NCBI RefSeq assembly: GCF_008831285.2
Contig: NC_045138.2
Span: forward strand, 32,240,001-32,304,000
DNA: 64,000 nucleotides
Direction of reading: 5' to 3'
Origin: Nymphaea colorata
Taxonomy: Eukaryota
The notes beneath the pieces are model-generated. The model did no database searches. It was given only the letters and a program-made list of their open reading frames with translations, and had not been told where the DNA came from. The position numbers and the translations under genes were made by a program. Shown here one piece after another: positions 38,792 to 52,389 of this stretch. Each line of letters begins with the position of its first letter. The first letter of the stretch is position 1.

Positions 38792-41700
38792 CTGCAATAT
38801 TGTGGTCTCGGCATATAATCCACAAATTTGATTACCACAGCATTACAAGCAGGAAATTAACTATAAATCAATTACCTTTAGCAAATTTGACAGGCCAACA
38901 CCAATGGCAAATCCTGAATCTCCCAAATCGAAAGCTAGTTCAACTGTTCTAGCTGTTGCTTCCAAAAGCTGCTTTGTGTAGAAAATGGGTCTCAGAAATA
39001 AAAACCCAAAAAAAATAGTAAGATATCAAAAGTACTTAATCTATGGAACATAGATGCTTGAACAAACATCATTTCAGTATACGAAAGAAACAGAAGAAAC
39101 ATGTTAAATTCTGAATGACAATACTTTCTAAGAATGACCAGAATCCAGATTATGCAGTTTACTTGCAAGTCACTGTCAGATCAGATACAATTAGAGCTGT
39201 AATTGAAGCCCACCTCCAACTGTGGTAATGTACAAGCTTCACCATCAACAAACATTCCATCAGTGGCATGAAGCAGAAGATCTGAGGCACTGGCAACAAT
39301 CATCAATGCTTCCGGTATATCATGGTTTCTTAAAAGTTCAGCAAGTAAACTAACAATTCTTTGGTTGATTCTCAACATTTTCTGGCTTTGTTGATCATCT
39401 TTTGCAATCCAAGGTTGTAAATCCCTGTCCGCCTACAAAAGACAAGGTAACACTAGTCATCCAACTCAATACAAGACAAACAAAACTGCATGACAAATGG
39501 AAGCAGCAGTTAGTACATAGTGAAAATAACAAAATAAAGACAAAAAAGGCTTGAAAAAGTTTAGAACCTGAAGAACAATGACTGTTGATGCTTTTACAGG
39601 AGAAGCCAACACCACATTGCACAACGCATCAACTACCTAAAGCATGATCAAGTGGTTGGTTCATCCCCCCACCCAATACATAGAGGAAAAAGGCAAAAAA
39701 AGGGTAAAGCTGCATTAGTTTATAGCAATGCACATCACAGGAAAATGTAAGTTCATTATTTCTATCAATAACTGTCATGGAAAAAAGTTGTAGGACCGAT
39801 AGTAAATCAAGTAACGATACTCACGTCCAACCATATGCTAGCCCACAAAATTTGACTTCTAGGTGATTCTTCACCATAGGAACCTTCTTACTTTTGCACC
39901 AGACATTATGATATCAATGCATAACTAATGGCCTTCTAAAATCAAAGAATATTCATCATGGATAAGTGTCTTATCAGATCAAGTACTAGCACATACATAT
40001 GTTGATCAGGAAAACAAGCTGAATGAATGAGAATGTTTATTTGTATCAAATATCTTGAACTAAACTGGTGTCTGTACTGAGGCCAGGTAGACTTACTCAA
40101 GCTAGGGTTGCACAATGGGCAAGCCAACCCAGGGGTGATCCAGAACCCAGCCAATGTGATTGAGGCTTGGGTCAGCAATTAGACCTGACCGGGCCTACAA
40201 CAGGTTTAAATGCATGACCAGACAAATTTTCGGGCATTGGGATGCCTAGCATATCAAATGGTCAGTAAGTGTATATAATATATATATATATAACTCAACA
40301 ATATGTTGAGAAAACGTGCTGGTTTGAGATTTTCTGTATTTTGGAACTTTATTACTACGTAGTTATTTGAATTTTTAATTATTTACTAGACTCTTTATGT
40401 AAGGGGTTAGACATAACCCTAATTAGATCTTTTAATCTAGTCGAGGAGGAGGAGCCGATAGAGATGGCTCCCTTTTCTCTCTTTCTCTCCTCTCTAGCTT
40501 CTCTCGCTTATCCCTTCTTCTTTGTTCTTGCTCGTTTAACATTAAGATCAACATGGTATCAGAGCCAACAGTCTTGGATCCTACTGACGCTGTTTTAAGT
40601 TGCTGAGCCTTCTTCGTTCTCTTATCCTTCATTAACGCCTGGGTGCTGATAATCTTTCTTTTGGCTGAAAAAGGTTCTTCTCAGCCTGTCGAGGGTTAGG
40701 GTACTGATCACAAATAAGTCAACATGATCAGAAACCCTAACACATGTTAACTAAGGTCGTTAGTGGAACTTCAAACATATTTGGATAGTTACTGATCGCT
40801 TAATCTCTGCCTGAAACTGTGCCTGTCGTGGAGTTGCTGAGATAAAAAGCTGCAGGTCAGAACATTGTTTGTAATTGGTGTCGTGTTGCTGTAATACAGG
40901 CATGATTGCAGTCTGACGTGGGTTAAGTTAATTTATGAGTTGGATTCACTGGGAGTTACTGGATACCTATTGTCTTTCATTCAAGGGTATTTCATAATTA
41001 CATAAGGATTTGTTCATAGACATCCAGATCTTTCTTTCTTCGAAATTTTATCATGGTTGCTGTTGAAGTATGTATTGATGGGTCTTGGAACCGGGTCAGA
41101 ACCTGGACCCGGTCCAAGCTGTAGCCCTAATTGGGCTTTACTTAAGTCTTTGTTGCCCTTTTTTGGGCCAGTGAATAAAAATTAAATGAGAGAGAGAGAA
41201 ACCAGCTGCGAGTGAGCGCTGGATCCTCCTCTAATCATGGTTTTTCCCTCGATTGAGGTTTTCCACATTACGATTTGTGAGTTCATCATTATTCAACATG
41301 GTATCAGAGCCAAATCTCTAAAGAAAAAAAAATCGGTCGGTGTGATGTTTCGGTGGAGCTGGTGAAGCTCCCGTGGGCACCTGTGTGAAATTCCGGCGCC
41401 TCGCCCGCCATTGCAGTTGTTCGTTTTCATATTGAGGTCGTCCACTGTCGCCTGACTCCACCACGGAGGTTTGGTGCGTTCCCTGTAAAACTCTGCCGTG
41501 TCGACCGTGAAGCAATGTTTGATAAGCGATACGTGTCCGTATCGTACGCGTATCGTCCGTATTGTCCGATACGGGGCCGTATCGCACGATACGTGCGGTA
41601 CACCCCCGTATCGTACGATACGGGTTAAAACACATTTTTTTTTTATTTTTGAAAGTTTAAACACTCCTCCCTCTCTCTCTTCTTATATTGAAAGACTCCA

Positions 41701-44700
41701 AGAGACATAGGAAGGGGCGATTTTGCTCATTTTCATAAAAAATAACCGAGGATTCATTGATTTGAGAGATATTATCATTGAATCATGAAAGATGGTAACT
41801 ATATGTTTTAAACTGTGATGTAATCTAAGTCTTAAAACCCCAAGTCTTAAGGCTCTAAGTCCTAAGATTCTATAAAATTTTCAAGTTTAAAATTGTGATT
41901 GATGCTTATTATGTTATTTTGTATATCTAATTTCTTATTTTTGAATGTGTTGTTGATATACATGAATGTTTCTTATGTATGATGATTTTTTTTTATATTT
42001 GAATACCTTTTTCTTGATTTCTATTTGTTTGTTCATTTTTTCAGATTTTTAATGATTTTTTTCTATTTTTTATTTCTAAATATTTTTTAAAATTATAAAA
42101 TTAATTTTACGATACGCTACGCTATGTTTGCGATACGTTACGATATGGTGTATAGGTCGGCCCGACCGATACACGATACGCTACGCCTTTTATAACATTG
42201 CCGTGAAGCCTTGCGAAGTTCTGCTGTTTTTTTTTTCTCGTCTCTGCCAGATGCCAGACACCGTTGTTCGTTGTCTGCCGTCTCTCCCTGCTAGAGCAAC
42301 TCTGTGCCACCGCTGCTCACTGGTGTGACTCTGCATATCGTCGTGGACGAGCCTGCGCCACTACACCGTTGCTGCTGCCCTCTGCATCACTGCCTGTGCT
42401 TCACAGTGTCAACTGGTTGGTTTCCTTTCTCACGTCCACTGCTCAGGTACACAGGTCCTCCAGTGTTCCTTTTCTCCTCGACGCCATCGCCTGAACTGCC
42501 GGATCTGTCTGTTACTGTTGTATGCCATTGTCTGTTTTATCCCTCTGCTGTTGTTTGGAGTTGTTGCTCGAGCCATCTCACCTGCTGTTTGAGAGATGCC
42601 TCATGAGCTCCATGGTGAGTCCAAAAACCTGTGTGAAGCTTCTGCCCTGCGTGTGAGGCTTCTGCCGTGCATGTGAAACTTCCGCCCTTGTTACCTGTTT
42701 CTACTGTTATCTGTGTACAGTCGGCATCCCCAGTAGCCTACGCAGCTGTCGTCGCTATCTCCAGCCTTGTCTCCGTTGGGCAACAACTGTTGCTGCTGCC
42801 TGTTGGCGCTCCGTGTGTCTTCTTCTAGTGGTTTCTTATTTCTCATCTCTTGGTTGTTAAAGTTGTTGTGTTGTGATGGCTGAATCAGATGCATTGGCTG
42901 TGAGTACTGACTAGGCAGATGTCGGAGTCTACAAAACTGAAAATGTTCCCGTCCAAGTTACTACTTTACGTCTCACTAAGGATAATTATCTTCGTTGGTT
43001 CACTGCTATCACTATGGGGATAGCTGGTCAGGGCCAGATTGCCTATGTCAATGGGAAGAAGGGTGAACCACCTGAGAGTAGCCCAGCATGGGATACATGG
43101 TTTCTTGAGGACAACCAAGTAAAAACTTGGATTGTCAATTTTGTATCCTTCGATATTCAGCCTCTCATCCTTCGTAAGAGGACTGCGAGAGATATGTGAG
43201 TTATTTTAGAACAAATGTATGGCCAGAAGAAGAAGACAGTTCGAGTGTATCAACTGATGAAGGATGTCTATGCTCTACGGCAAAGGGATCTCTCCGTCGC
43301 AGACTTTTATGCAGCTTTAAAATCCAAATGGGAGGAACTCGACTACTATTCTGATGATACTTGGAAGACTAGATACGCTATGTAGCCAAAGAATGAGAGA
43401 ATAGAATATTCTTATTCTTAGCCGGACTGAACGATGACTTTGAAGGTATAAGGAGTCAAATTCTTAATTCAGAAGAATTGTTTAGTGTTGAAGATGTCTA
43501 CTCCCGTGTTGAAGCTGAAGAACAAAGGCGTCTCGTTATAACGGGAAGAAAGGGAGATCATACCTCATATAATGAAAGGTCTGCTCTGGTTAGCCGTGCC
43601 CCTATGGGAGCCACCCGACCTCCTCGAAAATGTACGCATTGCAAGAAAAACGATCATACCATGGAGTTTTGTTGGGACCTGCCTGAAAAGAAGAATAGTA
43701 GAGGGAGGTCTTCTGGTGGGAAGAAGCCTGTTTCTGATGCTACTAACCCTAATGGTGGGAAAACTCCTATCTCAGCTGAACAAATTCATGAGCTTCATGC
43801 ATACTTAAGTCAGTTGATATCAGTCAGCTCGAGGCATCAGATGATGTGAACATTAACTGTGCCCTTGCTATTTCAAATGAAAAAGGTAATTCTTGTATGA
43901 GAGAATGGATTATTGACAGCGGAGCTACCCACCACATGACTGACAATCCTAAGTTTTTTCACGAATATAAGTTTTGTTCAAGAAAGGAACGTGTTTCTCT
44001 TGCCGATGGTTCTTCTATTTCTGTAGCTGGGAAAGGGAGTCTCATTTTTAAACAAATTCCTTGTTCACAATGCTCTACATGTTCTGCATCTTCCCTTGAA
44101 TCTATTATCTGTCAGCAAGATTACGAAAGAATTAAACTGCGAACTTATTTTTTGTACTGATCATTGTGTTTTGCTGCTATAGGACTTGGTGACAGGGAAG
44201 AAGATTGAGATTGGTTTGACTTCTGAAGGACTATATTGTTTACCTGTGCGTGTTGCCACAGCTCTCATGACGGCGGTTAAAAAAACTAAGAAGAATAGAG
44301 AAGATTTCCTTCAGCTGTTTTTGTTTTGGCATGGACGCCTTGGGCATCTTTCGTTTGGAATTTTGAGACAATTAATTCCTAATTTGTGTTTTAATTTAGA
44401 CATTAATATGATATCTTGTGATGTATGCCAGTTTGCCAAACATGTAAGGGCTTCATACCCTATATCACTCATTCTAATAAAGTTTTTCCCTTGATTCATT
44501 CTGATGTGTGGGGGTCCTCGGGCATTCCTTCTCGTCTTGGCTTTCAACACTTCGTGACCTTTATAGATGATTGTTCTCGCAATATTTTTGTTTACTTACT
44601 GAAAGACCATAGTGAAAGTTCTCCTTTTATAGAGACCTGCATTACTCTTGTGGAGACCCAATTTGAAAGTTCTGTTAAGATTTTTTGGTCTGACAATGCC

Positions 44701-47700
44701 CAAGAGTATATGTGTCAGTCTGTTGCTATGTCACATGGATAGGGGTACGGGTATCTTATGGGTACGGGTACACGGATACGGCAATTTTCAAAATTTTAGG
44801 ATACGCGAATACAGTGTTTTATATTCTAAAAAAATAAAAAGGATAATAAAATAAAAAATCACTCTTACAATCTCATAAGTCATAAGAAAGAAAGTCTCAG
44901 ATTATCAAACAAAACATTGTTCATGACCAATCTCATAAGTCATAAGAAAGAAAGTCTCAAACAAAACAAAGAATGTCGGGTTAGTAAAGTGGTTTGGATT
45001 GGGTCTGACCCAGACCCAATCCAAAACGCATCCTGCCGTGTCCAAGTGTCTGTATCCAGGTGTCGGAGTGTCGACACCGGTACGTGGCCCATTTTGCCGT
45101 GTCCGTGTGACATAGGTCTGTTGTTAATTTCTTTCGAAAGAGGGGAATTGTTCATGAGACAACTTATAGTTATACTCCCCCCCAAAATGTGAAGAGAGTC
45201 AAGTCACTGTTACAGATGTTCCGGAACATGAGAATGATGAAGACTGTGGTCTAGGATTGTGGAGGAACGTAACCATTTATTTGGGCAGGTTTACTCTCGC
45301 CAAAGATTACCTATAGGTGGAAAGAATTCTACTCTCAGTCCCAATGTTACATCTTCCCTAGATGACCCAAGTCATTACCTAGAGGAGTCAGTTGAAAAGG
45401 AGTTTCAGATAGAAGTTGCTATTGAAGAGCTACCTATTGCCCCAAGGAAGGGTGTCAGGTCATACTCAACACCCTATTGGTAACTTCATCTCATATTCTA
45501 AACTGAGCAAGGATTACAAAGGCTTTATATCATCTCTTTCTTTGGCTGACTGAGAGTGATTCTAAGTGGACCCATGCAATGTGAGAAGAAATGGAAGCTT
45601 TGAATAGGAACGAAACATGGGAAGTGGTAAAGATCCCCAAAGCAGCTCTTCTGGTCAGATCCAAATGGGTTTACACCATTAAGTATAAGCTAGACGGGAG
45701 TGTGGATAGGTACAAAGCTCGCCTCGTTGCCAAAGGATTCAGTAAAACATATATAATCGACTATTTGGAGACTTTTGCTCCTGTTGCTAAGATGAAGACC
45801 GTCAGAGTTATTATCTCTTTAGTTGTGATAAGAGAATGGAAGATGTATCAACTTGATGTCAAGAATGCTTTTCTGAATGGCGACCTTGAAGAAGAGGTGT
45901 ATATGTGTATGCCCTCAGGATATGAGGAACCAAAGAAGATGCTGCAAACTGAGGAAGGCTTTGTATGGACTTAAACAATCTCATCGAGCATTGTTTGAAC
46001 GCCTTAGGCAAGTTATGAGACGACATGGGTATAATGAAGGAAATGAAGATCATATCATCATACGCTCTTTGTGAAGAGAAAAGAACATAGAGTTACTCTA
46101 TAGTTAGTCAATGTTGATGATATAATTGTTACAGGTGACAATGAAGACAAAAAAGCAAGACTAAAGAAGCTATTGGCCGTTGAGTTTGATCTCAAGGACC
46201 TTGGCAAACTGAGATATTTTTTTGGTATTGAGATTGCTAGATCAGGTACGAGCCTTGTGTTAAATCAACGAAAGTACACTTTAGACTTACTGAAGGAGAC
46301 TAGAAAACTGGGATGTAGACCGGCTTCTACTCCTCTAGATACTGGGCACAAGCTTAGTATTAAAGTTGGAGAACCTCTTAGTGAAGTGGCCAAGGGGAGG
46401 TATCAACGTCTGGTAGGAAAGTTGATCTATCTCACTCTTACTAGACATGATATCACCTCTGTTGTGAACGTTATAAGTTAGTTCATGGCTCCTACCGATG
46501 CTCACCTGAAGGCAGTTGACAGGATCTTATGTTACTTGAAGAGGAGCCCTGGCAAGGGACTCCTATATGTGAAACAAGGGCCTCTCGAGATTGAAGGGTA
46601 CTCTGATGCTGACTGGGCAGGCTGTGTTGAGACTAGGAGATCAACCTCAGGGTGTATTTACTTGGGAGGGAATCTCATAGTATGGCGAAGTAAGAGACAA
46701 GATGTTTGTTCTCGTTCTAGTGCAGAGGCTGAATACAGAACTATGGCTATGGGAGTGTCTGAACTATTGTGGCTGAAAGTGTTGTTGACTAATATTGGTA
46801 TAGAGATTGAAGGGTCAATGAAGATGTATTGTGATAACAAGTCAGCGATCAACTTGGCCAACAACCTTGTGTTACATGACCGAACAAAGCATGTTGAAAT
46901 TGACCGTCATTTCATCTGAGAGAGAATTGATGTTAAAAAGTTTTGTCATACATGAAGTCTGAAGACCAAACTGTTGATGTTTTAACTAAAGCTTTACCTT
47001 CGACTCTGTTTGAGAAAAATGTATCCAAGTTGGGCATGTTTGATATGTATGCCCAACTTGAGGGGGAGTGTTGAAGTATGTATTGACGGGTCTTGGAATC
47101 GGGTATGGACTGGGACCCGGTCCAAGTTGTAGCCCTAATTGGGCTTTACTTAAGTCTTTGTTACCCTTTTTTGGGTCAGTGAATAAAAATTAAAAGAGAG
47201 AGAGAGAGAAACCAGCTGCGAGTGAGCGTTGGATCCTCCTCTAATCGTGGTTTTTCCCTCGATTGAGGGTTTCCACGTTACGATTTGTGAGTTCATCATT
47301 ATTCAACAGTTGCCAATAAATCTCTACAACAAGATATGACTGAATCTGGAAATAAGCAGACTAATGCTAGTGCAGAGTACAAAGCTTTCTCAAATCCATT
47401 TTCCTTTGGATCTACTATCAAACTCGATGGATCCAAGTTTCCAACTATGATGTATAGGCTAGAACCTTCATGTTGTCAGTTGTTGGACAAATAAAGAAAT
47501 ATATTCTGGAAGAAGATGAGCCAATAGAGAAAATCAGCAAGTATGCATGGTGGGAGGAAGAAAACAACATAATTACTGCTTGGCTTATGAATAGCACTCA
47601 GCCTCAAATTGTTGTTGGCTCTGCTACTATAGTACAACTAAAGCTATGTAGAATGCTCTCCGGCAGCCGTACTCCCAAGACAAGAACATCAGCAAAATTC

Positions 47701-50700
47701 TACAAGCTCAGCAAGAATTGTTGCAAATACAGCAAGATGACATGAATTTAACTGAATATTTACGAAACTGAAGTTTGCTTATGAAGAGACGAATTTCGTA
47801 AAACAGAATTTAACTGAATATTTTACGAAATTGAAGTTTGCTTATGAAAAGATGAATTTCTTAAAACCTCCCTAAAGCATTGTCTCAAATCTCACATGGA
47901 GCAAATGATTGTTGTTAAATTTCTAGCAAGATTGTCATCAGATTACTCTGCAGCCAAGGCTCAAATGCTTATAGGATCAGAATTTCCCAATCTAGATGAG
48001 GCCTTCAAGGCTTCAACATTCTAAATAGATGGCTCTATGCAACTCTCTCACTATGCCAAGAGCTATGCTGGCAATGCTAATGCATATCTTGTCCCCATGG
48101 TATAGCAGGAGGAAGAACTATGTTGCAAGTGGCCAATAGAGATGGAGATAGATTTCAACAGGTTTGAACAGGTACATCAACCTCATATCCCAGACTGATC
48201 GAGCTTTGCTGCTGCACCCAAGGGCCGAATCTGACACAAATTCTGGCCAAGGTTTCCCTTCAACTCACCCCAGGTTCTTAACTGTTTATCACATGCATAA
48301 AAGAATTTTCTATCTTCATCTGCAGAAGTTTTTTATCGTCCTTTGTAGGCTCCTTCTCGATCTTATTCAATTTTCTTCACTTTCCAGAACAACCTTCTTA
48401 ATGATTGAAAGGGAATCACCCCAGAAGATGCAGTTTTCAATTGTTTTTGTGCTCATTACTTTCGCACAAGTGTAAATAACATTTTGCAACTGAATAGAAG
48501 CATAAAAAACTGAAATTAACACTTAAATAGTCTACCATCCAACGTGAAAAAAAAAGGAACTATAAATCTTACAAATAGCATACTCGATTTTAGCCAGGCA
48601 AGATCAAGAAGACTGATGCCTGTGATAAAATGTAGCATGAACGGAGAGGGATATAAGTGAAAATAAATGAACCACGTTACAGAAAAATAATGACAAACTC
48701 AGTACTAAAGTACAATAGAATGCAGAGAAAGCAAAAACAGAGTCAGAAGGAAATAGTAGAAAGTGGACCTACATAGGGATCAAGGATATGCAATATAGAT
48801 GAAAAAGCAGTCACAAGTACAAAATCCATGATGTGAAAGGCATGCAGCGCAAAAAAGGGAGCTACCTGCCTCCACCCTTGCTGGCCAGATGTACCTTCTA
48901 CTTTCATTGGCATTTCAGGAGCACCAATCAACTTGTTCCAGAGTAAAGATACAACAGAAAAGCATAACTCCTGCTTCTCCGCAAGGACAGATCTTAAAAG
49001 AATTTGTGCTTTACAGCTGAATCCAGCATATCCATCCATAGTTAAAAAATTAGCAAGATCTAATGCATCAACTGGAAGATTTGTCACAGTTTTTCTAGAT
49101 TCATTTAGGATGACATTAGTCAGGAGTCTCGCCTTCCCAGATTTTAAGGATCCCTCCGTTGCAGTAACTTCTTTCCTCTTGGAGGAGGAAGATGCTGCGT
49201 TTTCTTTAGAAGTATCAGCATTTGGCCATTTCAACTGTCTTTGCACTTTGTAGAAAACATTGGACACCTTCCTGTCTGGCACATGCAGCATGTGTGCCTC
49301 CAGTGATTCTGCCTTATCAACAATTGATGCAACAGTTTTCCCATGAATGTCAATAAGGTGATAAAGTGAAGACGCTTTGTTGAATATCTCTTTATCCCAT
49401 TTGCATCTCATTAGAATGGATAATGAATGCATACAAGGCTTGGATCTTCTAAACAACTCGGAAACATGGGCAGCAACCATAGCAGCAGGGACTATCTCAT
49501 TTGAACCATAACTCCATGAGGCGCCAATTGACGATGGCTTCAGTGAAAAGAGGTCCTCTAAAATTCCTAAAAACCTACGGGTATGACAAACTGCTGGATA
49601 CACATCATTTCTTAAATCAGAATCTGTTTCATTAATGTTTGCCATATTAAGTGTGCCTCTAGAACTAGACTGTATGTTATTTTGTGAAATAAGTGGAAAC
49701 AACTGAAGCTCACACGCAAGAGCACAAGCTGCTGCAAGCACATAAGAGTCGAATGCAGCTACTGGTCCTTTCTTTTTGTTAGCATGACCTGGCTGTCCTC
49801 CATTAGAAGCTGTGTCAAGTGATGGACTTTCAACACTCTGACCATTAGATGTACTTTTTGTTCCTTTTGGCAGAGCTTCATGACCAATACAACCTGCCAA
49901 CACTACAAACAACAGACGGGAGGCAAGATCTGGTGAAGCATTTGACTCAACAAATAAAGAGTGGACCATCATGCGAAACTCCGCCAGAGCAAGATTTTTA
50001 TGGTTTGACCCTTTTCTGTAATTAGCCTTCCTTGACTTTTCTGTGCTTTCCCATGAAGGATGCAGAGGAAATGTTCTTCTTAGAATTGCTTCAACCGTAG
50101 CAAAAAATATCCTCATTAGACATGCTTCAGCAGGACCACCTCTAGGCAGATATTCCAAGATTTTGAGAAGTGGAAGGTAAAGATTCCATGACAGAACTGG
50201 TGGCTGCAATGGGGTGGCAACCACAATTTCTGGCAAATCAATACTCGATGAACTAAGTGAAATTAAGCCATATGCAGCTTCCCAAATCGTACAAATTCTC
50301 CATTCAACCTCAGGACCATGGGCACAAAACAGTGATGCAATTCCTTGAGCTGTAGCTTCAATGGTAGCTTCCAATGCTTGAGATTCAGTCTGGTCGGATT
50401 GCTGAAGTGAAAGGGTTGGAAACAATTGATGAGTAACTCATTAACAATGCACTATCTTATATTTGTATCAACTAATATACAAAGAAATCTAGTCTGCACT
50501 TAATGAAACTAAGAAGACAAATAAGGGGAAAAAAACTGTCTGAACCTTGACTACCTGCTTTCTGTAGCATGATGACAAGCTTCCAAGAGTTCCATGCTGG
50601 ATGTCAACACCTATACCATGCCGAAGAAGAGGAAAAAGTAATGAAGGCAGAGAAAGTATTCGGAAAAGCAAAGCTGCCGCTGCATCTGCAGCGATTCCTG

Positions 50701-52343
50701 CTCGCATGGACATTGCTGTTCCAATAGCACGAAGAAAATGCAAATACATCCAGTTTCTTGGAAGCTACACCATAGGATCAAGGGAAAATCAGGAGGAACA
50801 CAGTATTACTAGCTGATTCTAAAAGTAAAATATTTCTGGAAAATAAATTGCAAATATTATGTTCCATCCATCATATAATTTCAAAAGATTCGAGAAAAAA
50901 AAAATACAAAAGAAAGGAAGGAAAAAGTTAAAAGAGAATCTAGAAGGAAGACATGGCTCAAGTTACCTAGAATGCTCAACCATATGAGCTTAATGCAGCA
51001 TAGCAGTTTTATGCACAAATACTAAACTAGACACTCAAAATGCATCTAGAAGCTAAACACAGAAATTTGTTTTCACTTGTTCCAACAAAAGGCCCAGGAA
51101 ATAAAATGCTTCCAGTACACAGTTCCTATTGCAACTCAAGAAGAATTATTAGTGAAATTACTGTATATATATGTGTGTGTGTGTGTGCATTTACTTTCAA
51201 GGAGAAGGTTGCCGTAGCTACACTGTTAGCCACTGCTAACATGAACACCTCCTTACAAGAGGCACCCGATAACACACACACACCTTACCCTAATCCCCGA
51301 TTAGGGTCTTCGCATCCCAGAAGGTAAAACACTCAATATTCTTCATTCTCTCAACTAAGGTCCTTCGACCTTGTTTACAAGCACTATTCGATCAGCCTCC
51401 TGAGGATCTGATCCATTTTATACCTGGTGCCTAACAATACTCCCCTCTTGAAAAACACCTCGTCCTCAAGGTGTGCTTAGCTTGTTGAATTAGAAGAGTT
51501 TATGTTTCTAGGTGGTTCTTTGCAATATTTAATAGTTAGGAGGTCTCTTTAAACATTCCTCTATTTTCTGTTGATGTACTTTGTAAACCTCTCTTCAACC
51601 CTAATCTCTTTATTATGGAGATTAGGGTTAGTGAACGGATTAACGATTCTCTCTTTAAGGCTGCCGGCTGTAACATGGTATCAGAGCCGGCGATCTCCAC
51701 CCTTCTCCGCCGGCGGCTGTCTTGATTTTCCGGCGACCCCTTCTCCTCTTCCTCTCCCATCTCTTCCCACTTCTTCTCTTCCTCTATCCTTCCTTTCTCT
51801 CTTCTCTTTGCTGATCAAAAGATAGTGAAGCAGCGTGGAAGGGGAACCTAATCACATGTGAGAGGTATGTGTGATTAGGTCCCTAACGTGGATGTAGTGG
51901 AGCATAAGCAACTGCGTGGAAGTTGCAGTGGAAAGTTGTAAGTCAGATCTAGCTTCGTGGATGAATAGCAGCACATGGACTCCATTATTATTCAGATCTA
52001 GGCTCGTGGAAAAGTAGCTGCATGTGGATTCTTGTTCAGATCTGGGCTCGTGTTAGATTAACTGCACGTGGACCATATTCTTATCATTTTTTTTTGCTGA
52101 CTATGGAAAAGTGGCTGCAAGTGGAGTAGTTGCACGCTGGGTATATTTTTTTCAGATTGAATGTCTGTTTTATAATCTGGCAGACTGATTTGAACAACAA
52201 AGTTTTTTTACATAGAAGCCTGGTGGACTGTTTTGAACGGCAAGTTCATATATTCTTGTTCATTTATTGATTGTTGTGATTGGTGGACTGATTTACTGAG
52301 CAGCATGTTCATACAAATTTTTTTAAGGACTGCTTTTGGTGCG

Positions 52344-52389
<46 letters not shown>

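Larger units (their letters stand above)
41061..47308 (+). mobile_element. Copia B: Ty1/copia with both LTRs (41061-41298 and 47069-47308), PBS 41299-41311, PPT 47060-47068, TSD GTTGC
   Basis: Paired TG...CA LTRs (about 15 substitutions plus a 2-nt indel), GTTGC at 41056-41060 and 47309-47313, gag-PR-INT-RT-RH domain order. Confidence 0.95.
40304..48130 (+). mobile_element. Copia A: old 3'-truncated Ty1/copia (5' LTR 40304-40553, PBS 40554-40566, decayed gag ~47336-48130), interrupted by Copia B
   Basis: TGTTGA...TCAACA termini followed by TGGTATCAGAGCC (tRNA-iMet PBS). The gag remnant ([18 protein letters not shown]...[15 protein letters not shown]) resembles the gag at 52469. No pol or 3' LTR seen; right end approximate. 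Confidence 0.75.

Noticed and set aside
48743..48865. C-terminal extension of the 560-aa ORF (VAPFFALH...)
   Set aside because: Read-through into the intron past the cag/GT donor; GI homology resumes at 39636.
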